64,000 nucleotides of DNA from Chthoniobacteraceae bacterium (GCA_040081625.1 JBEBGD010000004.1:54051-118050); one strand, 5' to 3'; numbered from the stretch's first letter, positions 29,097 to 43,402 are shown. Numbers and translations: made by a program. Notes: generated by a model from the sequence alone, not told the origin.

Positions 29097-31325
29097 ATGA
29101 AGTTTTCCCGTTCCTTCATCTGCCTGCTCACCGCCGCCACCCTAAGCTTGGGCCCCGCGACCTTCCATGCCGCCGCCGAACCGGAGCCCGGACAGATCAT
29201 CATTTCGGTCGGGCGCCTGCTCGAGCAAGGCCACTACAGCCGGCGCAAGATCGACGACAAACTCTCGCGCGAGCTGCTGAAGAACTACCTCGATGCGCTC
29301 GACTACAATCACCTCTTCTTCACGCAGAAGGATGTCGATGCCCTCACGAAGAAATACGAGACCTCGCTCGACGACGACATCCTGCTCGGCAACCCGGAGC
29401 CGGCTTATGTGATCTACGAGCTTTACCGCAAGCGGGTCACCGAGCGGGCAGCGAAGGTCAAGACACTGCTCAAGGAGCCCTTCGACTTCAAGGGCACGCG
29501 CACCGTGGAGATCAACCGGCAGAAAGCGCCGTGGCCCAAGGACGAGGCGGCGGCCGACCAGATCTGGCGCGACCGCACGGAGAACGAGTTGCTCGCCGAG
29601 CAGCTCGGCAAGACCGAGAAGAAGGCGATCGCCCCCGGCGCCAAGGACCAGCCGATCGTCGAGAAAGCTCCCAAGGCGGAGACTGATCCGATCGAGCGCA
29701 TCACCAAGCGCTACGACCGGCTCCTGCGCAGCATCGGCGAGCAGACCAAGGACGACATGGTGAAGATGTTCCTGTCCACGCTCTCGCAGACCTACGACCC
29801 GCACAGCGAATACCTCAGCAAGAGCGAGCTGGAAAACTTCGCCATCAACATGCGACTCGCGCTCGTCGGCATCGGCGCGGTGCTCCAGAGCGACGAAGGT
29901 CTTGCAAAAATCATGGAGCTGGTCCCCGGTGGCCCGGCCTCGCGCAGCGGGGAGATCAAGGTCGGCGACCGCATCTCCGGCGTGGCGCAGGGGGACAAGG
30001 AGTTCATCGATACCCTGGACATGAAGCTCGACAAGGTCGTCGAGATGATCCGCGGCAAGAAGGACACGATCGTGCGGCTGCGCGTGCTGCCGGTGAACGC
30101 GACCGATCCGAGCCTGCGCAAGATCGTGGAGATCAAGCGCGACGAGATCAAGCTCAAGGACCAGGAAGCGAGGGCGGAACTGATCGAGCGCCCGATGCCC
30201 GACGGCACCACGCAGCGGCTCGGCTGGATCGTGCTGCCCTCATTTTACGCCGACATGGAGCACAGCGGCTCCGCGACCGCCAAGAGCACCACGCGCGACG
30301 TGCTCGCGCTGCTGAACCGGCTCAAGCAGGAGAACATCAGCGGCCTGGTGATCGACCTGCGCCGCGACGGCGGCGGCGCGCTCGACGAGGCGGTGAACCT
30401 CACCGGCCTCTTCATCAAGCGCGGCCCGGTCGTGCAGGCCAAGGATTCCAACGGCAACATCCACGTCCAGCGCGACCGCGACAGCACCATCGCCTACGAC
30501 GGCCCGCTGATGGTGCTGACCAACAAGCTCAGCGCCAGCGCGAGCGAGATCTTCGCCGCCGCGCTGCAGGACTACGGGCGCGCGGTGATCGTGGGCGACT
30601 CGAGCACCTTCGGCAAAGGCACGGTGCAAAACATGATCGAGATCGGCCGGGTGATGCCCTTCCTCGGCGGCGGCAACGATGCCGGCGCGCTCAAGCTGAC
30701 GATCCAGAAATTCTACCGCATCGCGGGCGGTTCGACGCAGCTCAAGGGCGTGCTGCCCGACGTGAAGCTCCCCTCTTCCACCGACCACCCCGAGATCGGC
30801 GAAGGCGCGCTCAAGGGCCCGCTCGCCTACGACACCGTCGATCCCGTGCCTTTCGAGCGCTGGAGCGGCAGCTTGTTCAAGACCGACCTCGCCGAGCGCA
30901 GCGCAGTGCGCGTGGCGGCCGATCCGGAGTTTCGCTACATCGTCGAAGACACGGCGCTCGTGAACAAACGGCTCGCCGACAATCGCCTCTCGCTAAACCT
31001 CGAGAAGCGGAAAGCGGAGATCGAAGAAGAAAAAGCCCGCAAGGACTCGCGCAAGACCGCTCGCGCCGAAACGAAACCCGCCAACGAGAAGCGCTTCATC
31101 ATCACGCTCGACACCGTCACCAACCCGAAGCTCCTGCCCGCCGAGGAAAAGGAGAAACAGGACGCCGCAGCGCGCAAAGAACGCGCCAAGCCCGACGACG
31201 CCGATGACGAGGACGAGAGCGACACGCCGGAAAAACTCGTCGATGCAGTCCGCAACGAAACGCTGAACATCCTCGGCGACCTCGTCGAACTCAACCGCGC
31301 GAAGACCGCGGCGGCCACGAAGTAA
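29097..31325 (+). CDS. prc: Carboxy-terminal processing (tail-specific) protease, S41
   Basis: YDPHSEY, PDZ domain, IDLRRDGGG, SASASEI, TFGKGTVQ. Confidence 0.92.
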   Translation: MKFSRSFICLLTAATLSLGPATFHAAAEPEPGQIIISVGRLLEQGHYSRRKIDDKLSRELLKNYLDALDYNHLFFTQKDVDALTKKYETSLDDDILLGNPEPAYVIYELYRKRVTERAAKVKTLLKEPFDFKGTRTVEINRQKAPWPKDEAAADQIWRDRTENELLAEQLGKTEKKAIAPGAKDQPIVEKAPKAETDPIERITKRYDRLLRSIGEQTKDDMVKMFLSTLSQTYDPHSEYLSKSELENFAINMRLALVGIGAVLQSDEGLAKIMELVPGGPASRSGEIKVGDRISGVAQGDKEFIDTLDMKLDKVVEMIRGKKDTIVRLRVLPVNATDPSLRKIVEIKRDEIKLKDQEARAELIERPMPDGTTQRLGWIVLPSFYADMEHSGSATAKSTTRDVLALLNRLKQENISGLVIDLRRDGGGALDEAVNLTGLFIKRGPVVQAKDSNGNIHVQRDRDSTIAYDGPLMVLTNKLSASASEIFAAALQDYGRAVIVGDSSTFGKGTVQNMIEIGRVMPFLGGGNDAGALKLTIQKFYRIAGGSTQLKGVLPDVKLPSSTDHPEIGEGALKGPLAYDTVDPVPFERWSGSLFKTDLAERSAVRVAADPEFRYIVEDTALVNKRLADNRLSLNLEKRKAEIEEEKARKDSRKTARAETKPANEKRFIITLDTVTNPKLLPAEEKEKQDAAARKERAKPDDADDEDESDTPEKLVDAVRNETLNILGDLVELNRAKTAAATK

Positions 31326-31331
31326 CGCGCC

Positions 31332-31763
31332 CTACGCCGTCGTCGCGAGTTGCACGGTGAAGCGGACGCGTTCGCCCGCGGTGAGCCGCACGTCGCACAC
31401 GCGCAACCCGGGAATCTTCAAGTCCGCGACCTGAAAGGACCGGCCGCGGAATTTCGCCAACTGCGGCTCGATCGCGGCGCTCGCGAGGCTCGCGAGCATC
31501 CCGCCTTCCTCGATGCTCAGGTCGGTGACGGTCGCGCGAAGGTCGTCGTCGATCTCCGCACAACCCAGGACGACCAGGGTCGTCGAAACGATCATCGCTT
31601 TGACATCGCACTCGACCTTGAACTCCAAAGCCCGCGACGAGACCGCGGACAAGGTGAGTCGCGTTTCCTTCACAGCCAGACCGCGCTCTGCCGCCAGCGA
31701 CGATACGATCGCGTGGAGCGCCGATTGAAGTTCGCGATGGGAGCAGTCGAAATGGAATTCCAC
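31332..31763 (-). CDS. Hypothetical protein
   Basis: 143-aa ORF filling the gap, plausible composition. Confidence 0.55.
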   Translation of the reverse strand: MEFHFDCSHRELQSALHAIVSSLAAERGLAVKETRLTLSAVSSRALEFKVECDVKAMIVSTTLVVLGCAEIDDDLRATVTDLSIEEGGMLASLASAAIEPQLAKFRGRSFQVADLKIPGLRVCDVRLTAGERVRFTVQLATTA

Positions 31764-31908
31764 GGGACGAGGGCGCGCAGCTAGAGCAGCGCTACGACCG
31801 GGTCAAGCGGTGCGGCGGAAAAGTTGCCGCCAGTCACGTCGCGCCCGCAAAAAATCGGTTGCCCGCTTCCCGGGGCAACCGCATATACGGCCCCCACCTG
31901 CCGGGAAT

Positions 31909-31983
31909 TCCTGAGTAGCTCAGCGGTAGAGCAATCGGCTGTTAACCGATCGGTCGTAGGTTCGATCCCTACCTCAGGAGCCA
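31909..31983 (+). tRNA. tRNA-Asn (GTT)
   Basis: Cloverleaf TCCTGAG...CTCAGGA-G-CCA, anticodon GTT, GGTTCGA T-loop. Confidence 0.97.
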
Positions 31984-32086
31984 CCGGGTCCTCCCCGGAT
32001 ACCAACTCGAAAAGCTGCCGGTATTGCGGCGAACACGCCGGCGCCGCGATCGCACGACGCCCAGGTCTTGACCGCGCGCTTCGGAT

Positions 32087-35722
<3,636 letters not shown>

Positions 35723-35779
35723 GAGCGGACGCAAACGATACGGCGCAGCGGCGGAGCGTGAAGCGGGAATTCGCGTCAG

Positions 35780-36358
35780 CTACAGCCCGGTCCGCGCGTA
35801 GATCGCGTCGAGCGGGATCTCGCACTCGATCTGCGGGAAGCGGAGAGCGCTCCCCGCATCCGGCAGCACCTCGCGCGTCCACACGTTATCGCCGCGTCGG
35901 AAGGCGAGGATCTCGCGCCGGTCCTGCGCGACGAGCACGTAGGTGTGCAACGTCGGGATCGTGCGATAAGCGATCGCCTTCTCGTGCCGGTCGCGGTCCT
36001 CACTGCTCGGGGAGAGCACCTCGACAATGATCGCTGGCGTGTCGCAGTAGAGCTTCTGCTGCCCGGCGGGATCGCAATTCACCATCACGTCCGGGTAGTA
36101 GAACCACTCGTCCCCGGCGCTCTCGATATGCGCCTTCATGTCGTTCATAAAGGGCGCGCACTTCTTCCCACGCAGCGCGACGTAGAGCTCTCCGAAAATG
36201 TTTCCGGCGATGTGATTGTGAGCAGTCGTCGCCCCCGCCATGTCATGCACCGGGCGCAGTTCACCCGCGAGATACTCGTGGCGGATGTCGCTGAGGAGTT
36301 CCCCTTCGAGATAATCCTCCGGGCTGATCCACGTCTTAAGACTGCTGGCAGTGCTCAT
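35780..36358 (-). CDS. Uma2 family (PD-(D/E)XK) endonuclease
   Basis: RHEY..GE..MAG, YYPDVMV, IVEVLSPS..D..EK..Y. Confidence 0.9.
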   Translation of the reverse strand: MSTASSLKTWISPEDYLEGELLSDIRHEYLAGELRPVHDMAGATTAHNHIAGNIFGELYVALRGKKCAPFMNDMKAHIESAGDEWFYYPDVMVNCDPAGQQKLYCDTPAIIVEVLSPSSEDRDRHEKAIAYRTIPTLHTYVLVAQDRREILAFRRGDNVWTREVLPDAGSALRFPQIECEIPLDAIYARTGL

Positions 36359-36500
36359 GTGCGGACGGTGCGGGGCGCGCGGCGCCCTGTCAACGGGTCG
36401 AAAAATCCGCGTTGACACCCTATCTCGGCGTGATTGCACTCCCGCCCCAGGTTTCCCTCCGAAACCCTCTACCAACCTACAACCACATCCTCGTCACATC

Positions 36501-38090
36501 ATGTCAGCAAAAACTGAAGGCATCGCCCCCAACGCCAGCCGACTCCTCTGGGCCGGATTCATGGCCATCCTCGCCGCCGGCGTCGGCTACTCCGTCCGAG
36601 GCGGCATCCTCGGGCAGTGGGCCGAGCAATTCGGCTTCACCATGTCCGAGCTGGGCGCCATCACCGGCGGCGGCCTCACCGGCTTCGGCATCGTCATCAT
36701 CCTCGGCTCGCTGATTGCGGACAAAGTCGGCTACGGCAAGCTGATGATCACCGCATTCGTGCTGCACTTTCTCTCAGCGGTCATCACGCTCGCCGCGCCG
36801 GCTGCCTTCGCCGCAGGCGGCAAGGATGCGGCGTTCAACTGCCTCTTCTACGGCATGTTCATCTTCGCCATTGGCAACGGCCTCGCCGAAACGGTCGTCA
36901 ACCCCCTCACCGCCACGCTCTACCCGAACAACAAGACGCACTTCCTCAATATCCTCCACGCCGGCTGGCCTGCGGGACTCGTCCTCGGTGGACTCGCGGG
37001 TGCCCTCATGGCCGGCAAACCCGCCGATCCCGCGGCCGGCGCCGCCGCCGTGGCCGCGGTGGATTGGAAAATCCAGATGTCGCTCTTCATCATTCCCGTT
37101 GTCATCTACGGGGTAATGTTGCTCGGGCAGAAGTTCCCGAAATCCGAGGCCGAGTCCGCGGGCGTCACGCTCGGGCAAATGGTCAGCACGGTTTTCGCCC
37201 CGCTCATGCTCGTGCTGCTCGTCACTCACGCGCTCGTCGGCTACGTCGAACTGGGCACCGACTCTTGGATCAGCAAGATCACCGGCTCGATCATGGGCAG
37301 CCCCGCGGCGGGGCTGAAGCTGTTCGTTTATACGTCGATGCTGATGTTCCTGCTGCGCTTCGTCGCCGGTCCCATCGTGCATCAAATCTCCCCGCTCGGC
37401 CTGCTCTTCGTCAGCGCCGTGCTCGGCGCGATTGGCCTCACGCTGCTCGGCAGCGCCGCGACCGTCACCGCGTGCATCGTCGCCGCGACCGTCTATGCAC
37501 TCGGCAAGACGTTCCTCTGGCCGACGATGCTAGCCGTGGCCTCAGAGCGATTCCCCAAAGGGGGCGCCGTCGCCATCGGCATGCTCGGCGGGGTCGGGAT
37601 GCTCTCCGCCGGCTTGCTCGGCGGCCCCGCCATTGGCTTCAAGCAAGACTACCACGCCTCGGCCAATCTCGAAACGACCGCCCCCGACGCCTACAGCCGC
37701 TACAAGGCAGGCAACGAGAAAGCGTTCTTCGGCTTCAAGACTGTCGGCCTAGATGGCGCGAAAGTCGGCGTGCTCGAAGACGGCGGAAAAGAACTTAACC
37801 GAGCCGGCACCCTTCTCGCCAAGGAGAACAAACAGGACGCCAATCACGCCAAACTCGCCGCGTGGTGGGAAACTGCGCAGGCCAGTGCCGACGCCGACAA
37901 AAAGCCGGTGCAGGCCGCCGGCATCCACGGCGGCAAGACCGCGCTCAAGCTCACCGCCTACGTGCCGATGGCGATGGCGGTAATCTATCTACTGCTCATC
38001 ATCTATTTCAAAGCCACGGGCGGCTACAAAGCGCTGCATGTGTCCGGGGAGCAAATCGCCGGCGGTGTGCAAGGTCCGGGCCAAGGCTAG
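36501..38090 (+). CDS. MFS transporter (sugar-type)
   Basis: ~12 TM; IADKVGYG, ETVVNPL, NILHAGWP. Confidence 0.88.
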   Translation: MSAKTEGIAPNASRLLWAGFMAILAAGVGYSVRGGILGQWAEQFGFTMSELGAITGGGLTGFGIVIILGSLIADKVGYGKLMITAFVLHFLSAVITLAAPAAFAAGGKDAAFNCLFYGMFIFAIGNGLAETVVNPLTATLYPNNKTHFLNILHAGWPAGLVLGGLAGALMAGKPADPAAGAAAVAAVDWKIQMSLFIIPVVIYGVMLLGQKFPKSEAESAGVTLGQMVSTVFAPLMLVLLVTHALVGYVELGTDSWISKITGSIMGSPAAGLKLFVYTSMLMFLLRFVAGPIVHQISPLGLLFVSAVLGAIGLTLLGSAATVTACIVAATVYALGKTFLWPTMLAVASERFPKGGAVAIGMLGGVGMLSAGLLGGPAIGFKQDYHASANLETTAPDAYSRYKAGNEKAFFGFKTVGLDGAKVGVLEDGGKELNRAGTLLAKENKQDANHAKLAAWWETAQASADADKKPVQAAGIHGGKTALKLTAYVPMAMAVIYLLLIIYFKATGGYKALHVSGEQIAGGVQGPGQG

Positions 38091-38113
38091 GCGATCAGCA
38101 GCGACATCCTCAC

Positions 38114-38146
38114 GCAAAGGGCGGGGCTTCGGCTCCGCCCTTTTGC
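38114..38146. terminator. Probable intrinsic terminator (possibly bidirectional)
   Basis: aaagggcggggc-ttcg-gctccgcccttt between convergent genes. Confidence 0.8.
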
Positions 38147-38152
38147 TTTCCA

Positions 38153-39445
38153 CTACGTTGGTTCGATCGTCACCAGCGCCGTGGTGATCGTCCACGCGTC
38201 GTCGAACTTCATCCGCTTGCGCTCGTGGCCGGCACCCCATGAATCGCTGTAGATGATCTCCTGCGTCTTCACGTTGTAGCCGATGATGAGCCGCATGTGG
38301 CCGCCGCTCGCCTGCTTGATCTCCTCCTCCTGGATGAGCCCGAGATGCACGCTCCACAGCAGCGGGATGCCGCTGTCGATGTGCGACTGCACATCGCGCT
38401 GGAAGCGGCTCACGTCGGCGCGGTTTTTCGTCCGCGCATCCTTGAGCACGTCGGCTTTCATCGCCCCGTAGATCTCCGCCACGTCGAGCATCTGGCCCTG
38501 GTCGGGAATCTCCGGCGCCTTCGCGCGCTTGGCGGAGCGGTTGTAGTCGCGCATCAGGTCGAGGATCGTTTTCACGTCGAGCTTCTCATGCTCGCGCACG
38601 CGCACCTTCAGCCGCGCGGCGACTTTCTTGAGTGACTCCGTCATCGCGCTCATGCTCGTGCCACCGGCGGCGGAACTGTTCGCGATCTGCGCGAGTTCGT
38701 TCGAGTCCACATCGCCGCCGTAGTAGCGCATCACGCGCTCCGCGCTCGCGACCACGCAGTAGCCTTTCTGGCCTTGATCGACCATCGGCACGTCGTGCAG
38801 CCACACGTCGCCGGTCGCCTCCTTTTTCACGTGCTGCGCAGCGTTGAAGCGCGGGCGCGTCGCGCTCGCGGTCGTGAGCATGGTCACTCGTTTCTCGACC
38901 GGCCGCACTTCCAGCCTCGCAAACTCGGCACGAAAAGGGATCTGCCGCGACTTCACTTCCTTCGTGAACGAATACTCGAGCAGGTATTGCGACTTCGCGG
39001 TCTGCCAGACGAGGCCCTCGGCTTTCACCGCGCTCGTCGCGTCCTTGCCGCGCACCGTGTGCTTGAGCCCGGTCGCCTTGGTGATCGCCTCGACCGTGCC
39101 GACCAGCAGCGACTGCCACTGCGACTCGGTCAGTTCGCCCGCGTCGCCACGGGCGAAGAAGTTCGCACTGATCAGGTTCGGTTTTCCGCCCTCGAAGCGC
39201 GCGATGAACTCGTAGATCTGCCGGCCGAAAAGCGTCATGCCTTCGCGTTGCGCGGCGCGCGCGGAATCCCGCGTCGCGGAAGTCCAGCGCAGCGGGAGGC
39301 CGGCGGTGGCTTTTTGAAACGCATCCTGGTCGATCGTCCACAGGTCCGGTTGGGAGAGCACGCTGTCGAAGCTGAATTTCTCATCCGCCTCTGCGTGCGC
39401 GGCGACGACGACGAGAGCGATGGGGAGAAGGCGGAGCGGTTTCAT
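38153..39445 (-). CDS. Secreted C39-like (papain-fold) cysteine peptidase
   Basis: VPMVDQGQKGYC, GGHMRLIIGY, YSDSWG give a Cys-His-Asp triad. Confidence 0.8.
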   Translation of the reverse strand: MKPLRLLPIALVVVAAHAEADEKFSFDSVLSQPDLWTIDQDAFQKATAGLPLRWTSATRDSARAAQREGMTLFGRQIYEFIARFEGGKPNLISANFFARGDAGELTESQWQSLLVGTVEAITKATGLKHTVRGKDATSAVKAEGLVWQTAKSQYLLEYSFTKEVKSRQIPFRAEFARLEVRPVEKRVTMLTTASATRPRFNAAQHVKKEATGDVWLHDVPMVDQGQKGYCVVASAERVMRYYGGDVDSNELAQIANSSAAGGTSMSAMTESLKKVAARLKVRVREHEKLDVKTILDLMRDYNRSAKRAKAPEIPDQGQMLDVAEIYGAMKADVLKDARTKNRADVSRFQRDVQSHIDSGIPLLWSVHLGLIQEEEIKQASGGHMRLIIGYNVKTQEIIYSDSWGAGHERKRMKFDDAWTITTALVTIEPT

Positions 39446-39568
39446 GCGGAGTGAGCAGCGAGTATGCGCCCACTATACGCAGGCTCGGCCGAACGGAAAA
39501 CCGCCAAACGGGCACCGCGCGATGCCGCGCCGATCTCATCGCGCCGAAACGGACTAGCCTCCATAATT

Positions 39569-41350
39569 CTACGGCTCAAGCATTCGCAGACCGATGGTGA
39601 TCGTCCATGCGTCATCGAGTTTCATGCGCTGACGCACATCGTCGACCCGTTCCGAATAACTATAAATAATCTCCTGCGTCTTCGCGTTGTAGCCGACGAT
39701 CAGCCGCGTATGCCCACCGCCGACGCCCGGTAGATTCGGCTCCGGCAGCAGGCCCAGTTGCACTTCCCAGAGCAGTGGAATGCCTGCGTCGATCCGCGCC
39801 TGCACCTCGCGTTGGAAGCGGCTCAAGTCGGCGCGGTTTTTGGTCCGCACCTCTTTCAGCACCTCGGGTTGCATCGCCCCGTAGATTTCCCGCGTCTCCA
39901 GCACCTGAGCTTGTTCCGGGACTTCCCGTGCCTTCACACGCTTGGCCTCCCGATTGTAGTCCCGGATCAACTCCTGGAGCGCCTTGGTTTCTAACTTCAC
40001 AGGCTCGCGCAGGCGCAATTTCCAACGTGCCTCCACCGATTTGAGCAGCTCTGCGGCCGCGAGCGAATTGGCGCCGCCGGCCACATAAGCGTCCGCAAGC
40101 GGGGCGATCTGGCGCTCATCCGCGTTCATCCCAAAATAGTAGCGCAACACACGCTCCACACTCGCGGCCATCGAGTAATTCTTCGCCCGGCGCGCGGCCA
40201 TGGGCACGTCAAAAAGCCAGACGCTTCCATCCGGCTCGCGTCTGATGTGCCCAGCGGGATTGAACTTTTGCCGTGCAGACGTCGCGCTGACAACCCCGGG
40301 CGGCTGGCTGCCGATCGTTCCTGGCGCCGCCTTTGCGTCCCCCAGCAGTTTGCCGACGGCGGCAAACTCCGCCGCGGGCCAGCAGCTCGGGTCGAAGCGA
40401 CCGCCGATCAGGCGCCATTGCTCGCGAGCGATCGCCAAGTCCGGCACTGTGGCGGCGATGCGGCAGAACACACTCGCGACTTCGAGCGACCCTGGGTAGT
40501 GCCTTTGCAGCGCCGTGAAGCTCCGCTTCAGCGCGTCCCATGATTGGGCCGAACGGGAAAACTCCCCGGTCAGATAGCCGAGCGAATTGAGATACAAGGC
40601 TGCCTTCGCAAAGACCTCCTCCGCATCCGGCACATCCTTTCGCGCCATCGTCTCCAAAACAACCTGTTCCCACTCTCCTGGCTGCCCATACCAACGCGGC
40701 AAAAGAAAGTAGGCTCGGTGGTCGTAGAGCGAGTCGTAGTAGGCGGCGTTCCTCACGCCATCCTCAAACAAGGCGTCATACTCGTTGCGCGCCATGCCGG
40801 TCCCGAGCGCGACCCGCTGCATCGCGGAATGCCATGCGGGACATTTCTTGTTCAGTGCCTTCGCTGCCGCGAGCGCCTCAGCAGCTTTGGCCAACCGGTC
40901 CCGCATCCCTGCCCATCCTTCCTCCGCGACTTGATCCGCAGTTTTACTGGTTCGGGCCTTCCACGCATAGCCCCGATATAATTCGGCCAGAGCGATGCGC
41001 GGAGTTGGCGACTCCTTTTTCAGATCGCACCACGAGTTGAGCGCTGTGATCAGCTTCTCCCAATCAGCGTCGGGCGCCCTGTCCGAAAAATCGCCGAAGG
41101 CCGAATAAAAAGCTCGAAGATGAAGGTAGCCGTTCGGATAGCGGGATTTCTTCTGGCGGTAATCCTCCGCCGCAGCCTCCAATCGATCAAACGCGCCTGC
41201 CAACGCGAGCTTGCGCACTTCCCCTTTGAACGCGTCGCGTTGCTCTTTTTCGCTCAAGTTACTTTCCGCTGCCCTGCCGCCGGAAAGCAGAGCGCAGCCG
41301 GCCAAGGCGAACATGAAGCAACGAAACGGATGAATCCTTGATTTTTGCAT
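39569..41350 (-). CDS. DUF4034-like helical domain fused to a degenerate C39-like peptidase domain
   Basis: AWKART..LLPRWYGQPG N-terminal part; C-terminal part paralogous to the neighbour but with NYS in place of GYC. Confidence 0.7.
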   Translation of the reverse strand: MQKSRIHPFRCFMFALAGCALLSGGRAAESNLSEKEQRDAFKGEVRKLALAGAFDRLEAAAEDYRQKKSRYPNGYLHLRAFYSAFGDFSDRAPDADWEKLITALNSWCDLKKESPTPRIALAELYRGYAWKARTSKTADQVAEEGWAGMRDRLAKAAEALAAAKALNKKCPAWHSAMQRVALGTGMARNEYDALFEDGVRNAAYYDSLYDHRAYFLLPRWYGQPGEWEQVVLETMARKDVPDAEEVFAKAALYLNSLGYLTGEFSRSAQSWDALKRSFTALQRHYPGSLEVASVFCRIAATVPDLAIAREQWRLIGGRFDPSCWPAAEFAAVGKLLGDAKAAPGTIGSQPPGVVSATSARQKFNPAGHIRREPDGSVWLFDVPMAARRAKNYSMAASVERVLRYYFGMNADERQIAPLADAYVAGGANSLAAAELLKSVEARWKLRLREPVKLETKALQELIRDYNREAKRVKAREVPEQAQVLETREIYGAMQPEVLKEVRTKNRADLSRFQREVQARIDAGIPLLWEVQLGLLPEPNLPGVGGGHTRLIVGYNAKTQEIIYSYSERVDDVRQRMKLDDAWTITIGLRMLEP

Positions 41351-41444
41351 CGAGGGACGAGTGGGAGTTGTTATGAGGGGCGGGGCGGTCGCCAGCAAGC
41401 GCGGATACGCGGAACAAAACCAGTGCGCCGGCAGTCGGGTGCGT

Positions 41445-42512
41445 TTACGTGACCTTGGGCTGCTGCTGGGTCAGGCAATGAAACGCGCCGAGGCCCCAGA
41501 TCAGCTCGCGGCAATCGATCGGCACGACCTTCCGTCCCGGCAGCGCCTTCTCGATCACGGTCGCGGCCCATCGGTCGTTCGGGTCGTGGAAGATGGGCAG
41601 GAGCACGACGGTGTTGGCGATGTAGAAGTTCGCGTAACTCGCCGGGAGTCGCTGGCCGTCGCGCACGATCCTGCCGGGCATCGGGAGCGTGTGAACCTCC
41701 AACGGCGTGCCGTCTTCGACGGCCATCGTGTGCAGTAGTTCGAGATTGTGCGCGAGCGGGTCGTGGTTCGCGTCGTTCGCGTCCTCCTCGACGACGGTGA
41801 CGACCGAGTGCTGACCAACGAAACGCGTGATGTCATCGACGTGTCCGTCGGTGTCGTCGCCCTCGATGCCGTCGCCAAGCCAGAGGATGTTCGTGACTCC
41901 GAGATGATCCTGCAGCCGCTTCTCGATCTGCTTTTGAGTGAGGTCCGGGTTTCGGTTCGGGTTGAGCAGGCAGCTCTTGGTCGTCAGCAAAGTGCCGCTG
42001 CCATTCACGTCGATCGAGCCGCCCTCGAGCACCATGCCGGGCTCGACCACGGGCAGCGCGAGTTTCTCCGCGACGCGCGTCGGCACCACGTCGTCGAGAT
42101 CGAAAGGCGGATACTTCCAACCCCATGCGTTGTAGCCCCAGTCGAGCACGAGCATCCGCGGCTCCTCCGCACGCGTGAGGAAGATCGGGCCGTGATCGCG
42201 GCACCACGGCTCGTTTGTCGGGATGTGGTGAAACGTCACGTGTGCCGCGCTCGCGAGGACTCGCCGCACGAGCTTCTCGTGCGCGGCGTCGCACACGTTG
42301 ATGTTCACCGGCTCGGAGTCGGCGAGCGCATCGACCATCGCCGCGAGCGCCGGCTGCACGCGCGCGAACGCGCCGGGAAAGCTGATGCCGTCAGGCCGCG
42401 GCCACGAGAGCCACGTCGCCGCGTGCGGCTCCCACTCCGCCGGCATGCGGTAGCCGAGTTGTGCCGGGGACTTGGAGGACCTGGATGCGGCGGCTTGGGC
42501 GGCGGGGATCAT
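41445..42512 (-). CDS. aguA: Agmatine deiminase
   Basis: RMPAEWEPH, WCRDHGP, LEGGSID, DTDGHVD, GAFHCLTQQQP. Confidence 0.93.
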   Translation of the reverse strand: MIPAAQAAASRSSKSPAQLGYRMPAEWEPHAATWLSWPRPDGISFPGAFARVQPALAAMVDALADSEPVNINVCDAAHEKLVRRVLASAAHVTFHHIPTNEPWCRDHGPIFLTRAEEPRMLVLDWGYNAWGWKYPPFDLDDVVPTRVAEKLALPVVEPGMVLEGGSIDVNGSGTLLTTKSCLLNPNRNPDLTQKQIEKRLQDHLGVTNILWLGDGIEGDDTDGHVDDITRFVGQHSVVTVVEEDANDANHDPLAHNLELLHTMAVEDGTPLEVHTLPMPGRIVRDGQRLPASYANFYIANTVVLLPIFHDPNDRWAATVIEKALPGRKVVPIDCRELIWGLGAFHCLTQQQPKVT

Positions 42513-42523
42513 GACGCGTGGAG

Positions 42524-43402
42524 TTAGTCCACCAAGCGTCGGGTGATGTCTCCGTAAGCGTCAATGCGGCGGTCGCGAAAAAACGGCCAGTGCGTTCGCT
42601 GCGTTTCGAGTGCGTCAAGGTCAACTTCCACCACGAGGATCTCCTCCGCGTCCGGCGACGCCTTCGCCATGATCTGCCCCGAGGTGTCGGCGACGAAGCT
42701 CTGCCCCCAGAAAACAATCCCGTCGCCGCCATCGGGCGCCTCGTGGCCGACGCGGTTCGGCACCGCGACGTAGCAGCCATTCGCGATCGCGTGCGCGCGC
42801 TGGATCGTCTCCCACGAGTCGTGCTGCCGCGTGCCATACTCCGCCTTCTCGCGCGGATGCCAGCCGATCGCTGTCGGGAAAAAGAGAATCTGCGCGCCGC
42901 TCATCGCGGTAAGTCGCGCGCTCTCGGGATACCACTGATCCCAGCACACGCAGACGCCGATCTTCGCGTAGCGCGTCTGCCACGCGAGGAAGCCGAGGTC
43001 GCCCGGCGTGAAGTAGAACTTCTCGTAGTAAGCCGGGTCGTCGGGGATGTGCATCTTGCGATACTTCCCGAGGTAGGTCCCATCGGCGTCGATGATCGCC
43101 GCCGTGTTGTGATAGACGCCCGCGCTGCGTTTCTCGAAGAGCGACGCGACGATCACGACGGCGCGTTCCTTTGCCACGGCACAAAGCCTGTCGGTCGTCG
43201 GGCCGGGGATCTCCTCGGCGAGCGCGAAGTATTTGTGATCCTCGATCTGGCAGAAGTATTGCGAGGTGAACAGCTCCTGGAGGCAGATGATCTGCGCGCC
43301 GCGATCCGCCGCGGCGTGGACGCGCTCGATGGCCTTCGCCACGTTCGCGGCCGGCTCCGTCGAGCAGCTCATCTGCACGAGGCCGAGTTTTACTTTGCGC
43401 AT
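42524..43402 (-). CDS. aguB: N-carbamoylputrescine amidohydrolase (carbon-nitrogen hydrolase)
   Basis: LQELF, YRKMHIPDDP, YYEKFYF, CWDQWYPE; adjacent to aguA. Confidence 0.88.
   Translation of the reverse strand: MRKVKLGLVQMSCSTEPAANVAKAIERVHAAADRGAQIICLQELFTSQYFCQIEDHKYFALAEEIPGPTTDRLCAVAKERAVVIVASLFEKRSAGVYHNTAAIIDADGTYLGKYRKMHIPDDPAYYEKFYFTPGDLGFLAWQTRYAKIGVCVCWDQWYPESARLTAMSGAQILFFPTAIGWHPREKAEYGTRQHDSWETIQRAHAIANGCYVAVPNRVGHEAPDGGDGIVFWGQSFVADTSGQIMAKASPDAEEILVVEVDLDALETQRTHWPFFRDRRIDAYGDITRRLVD

Noticed and set aside
31909..32086. Integrative element at tRNA-Asn
   Set aside because: Only ~100 bp separate it from the dnaE stop; no att duplication or integrase
35780..36358. Uma2 nuclease as part of a defence island
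   Set aside because: Solitary gene between dnaE and an MFS transporter; the family is commonly scattered in multiple copies
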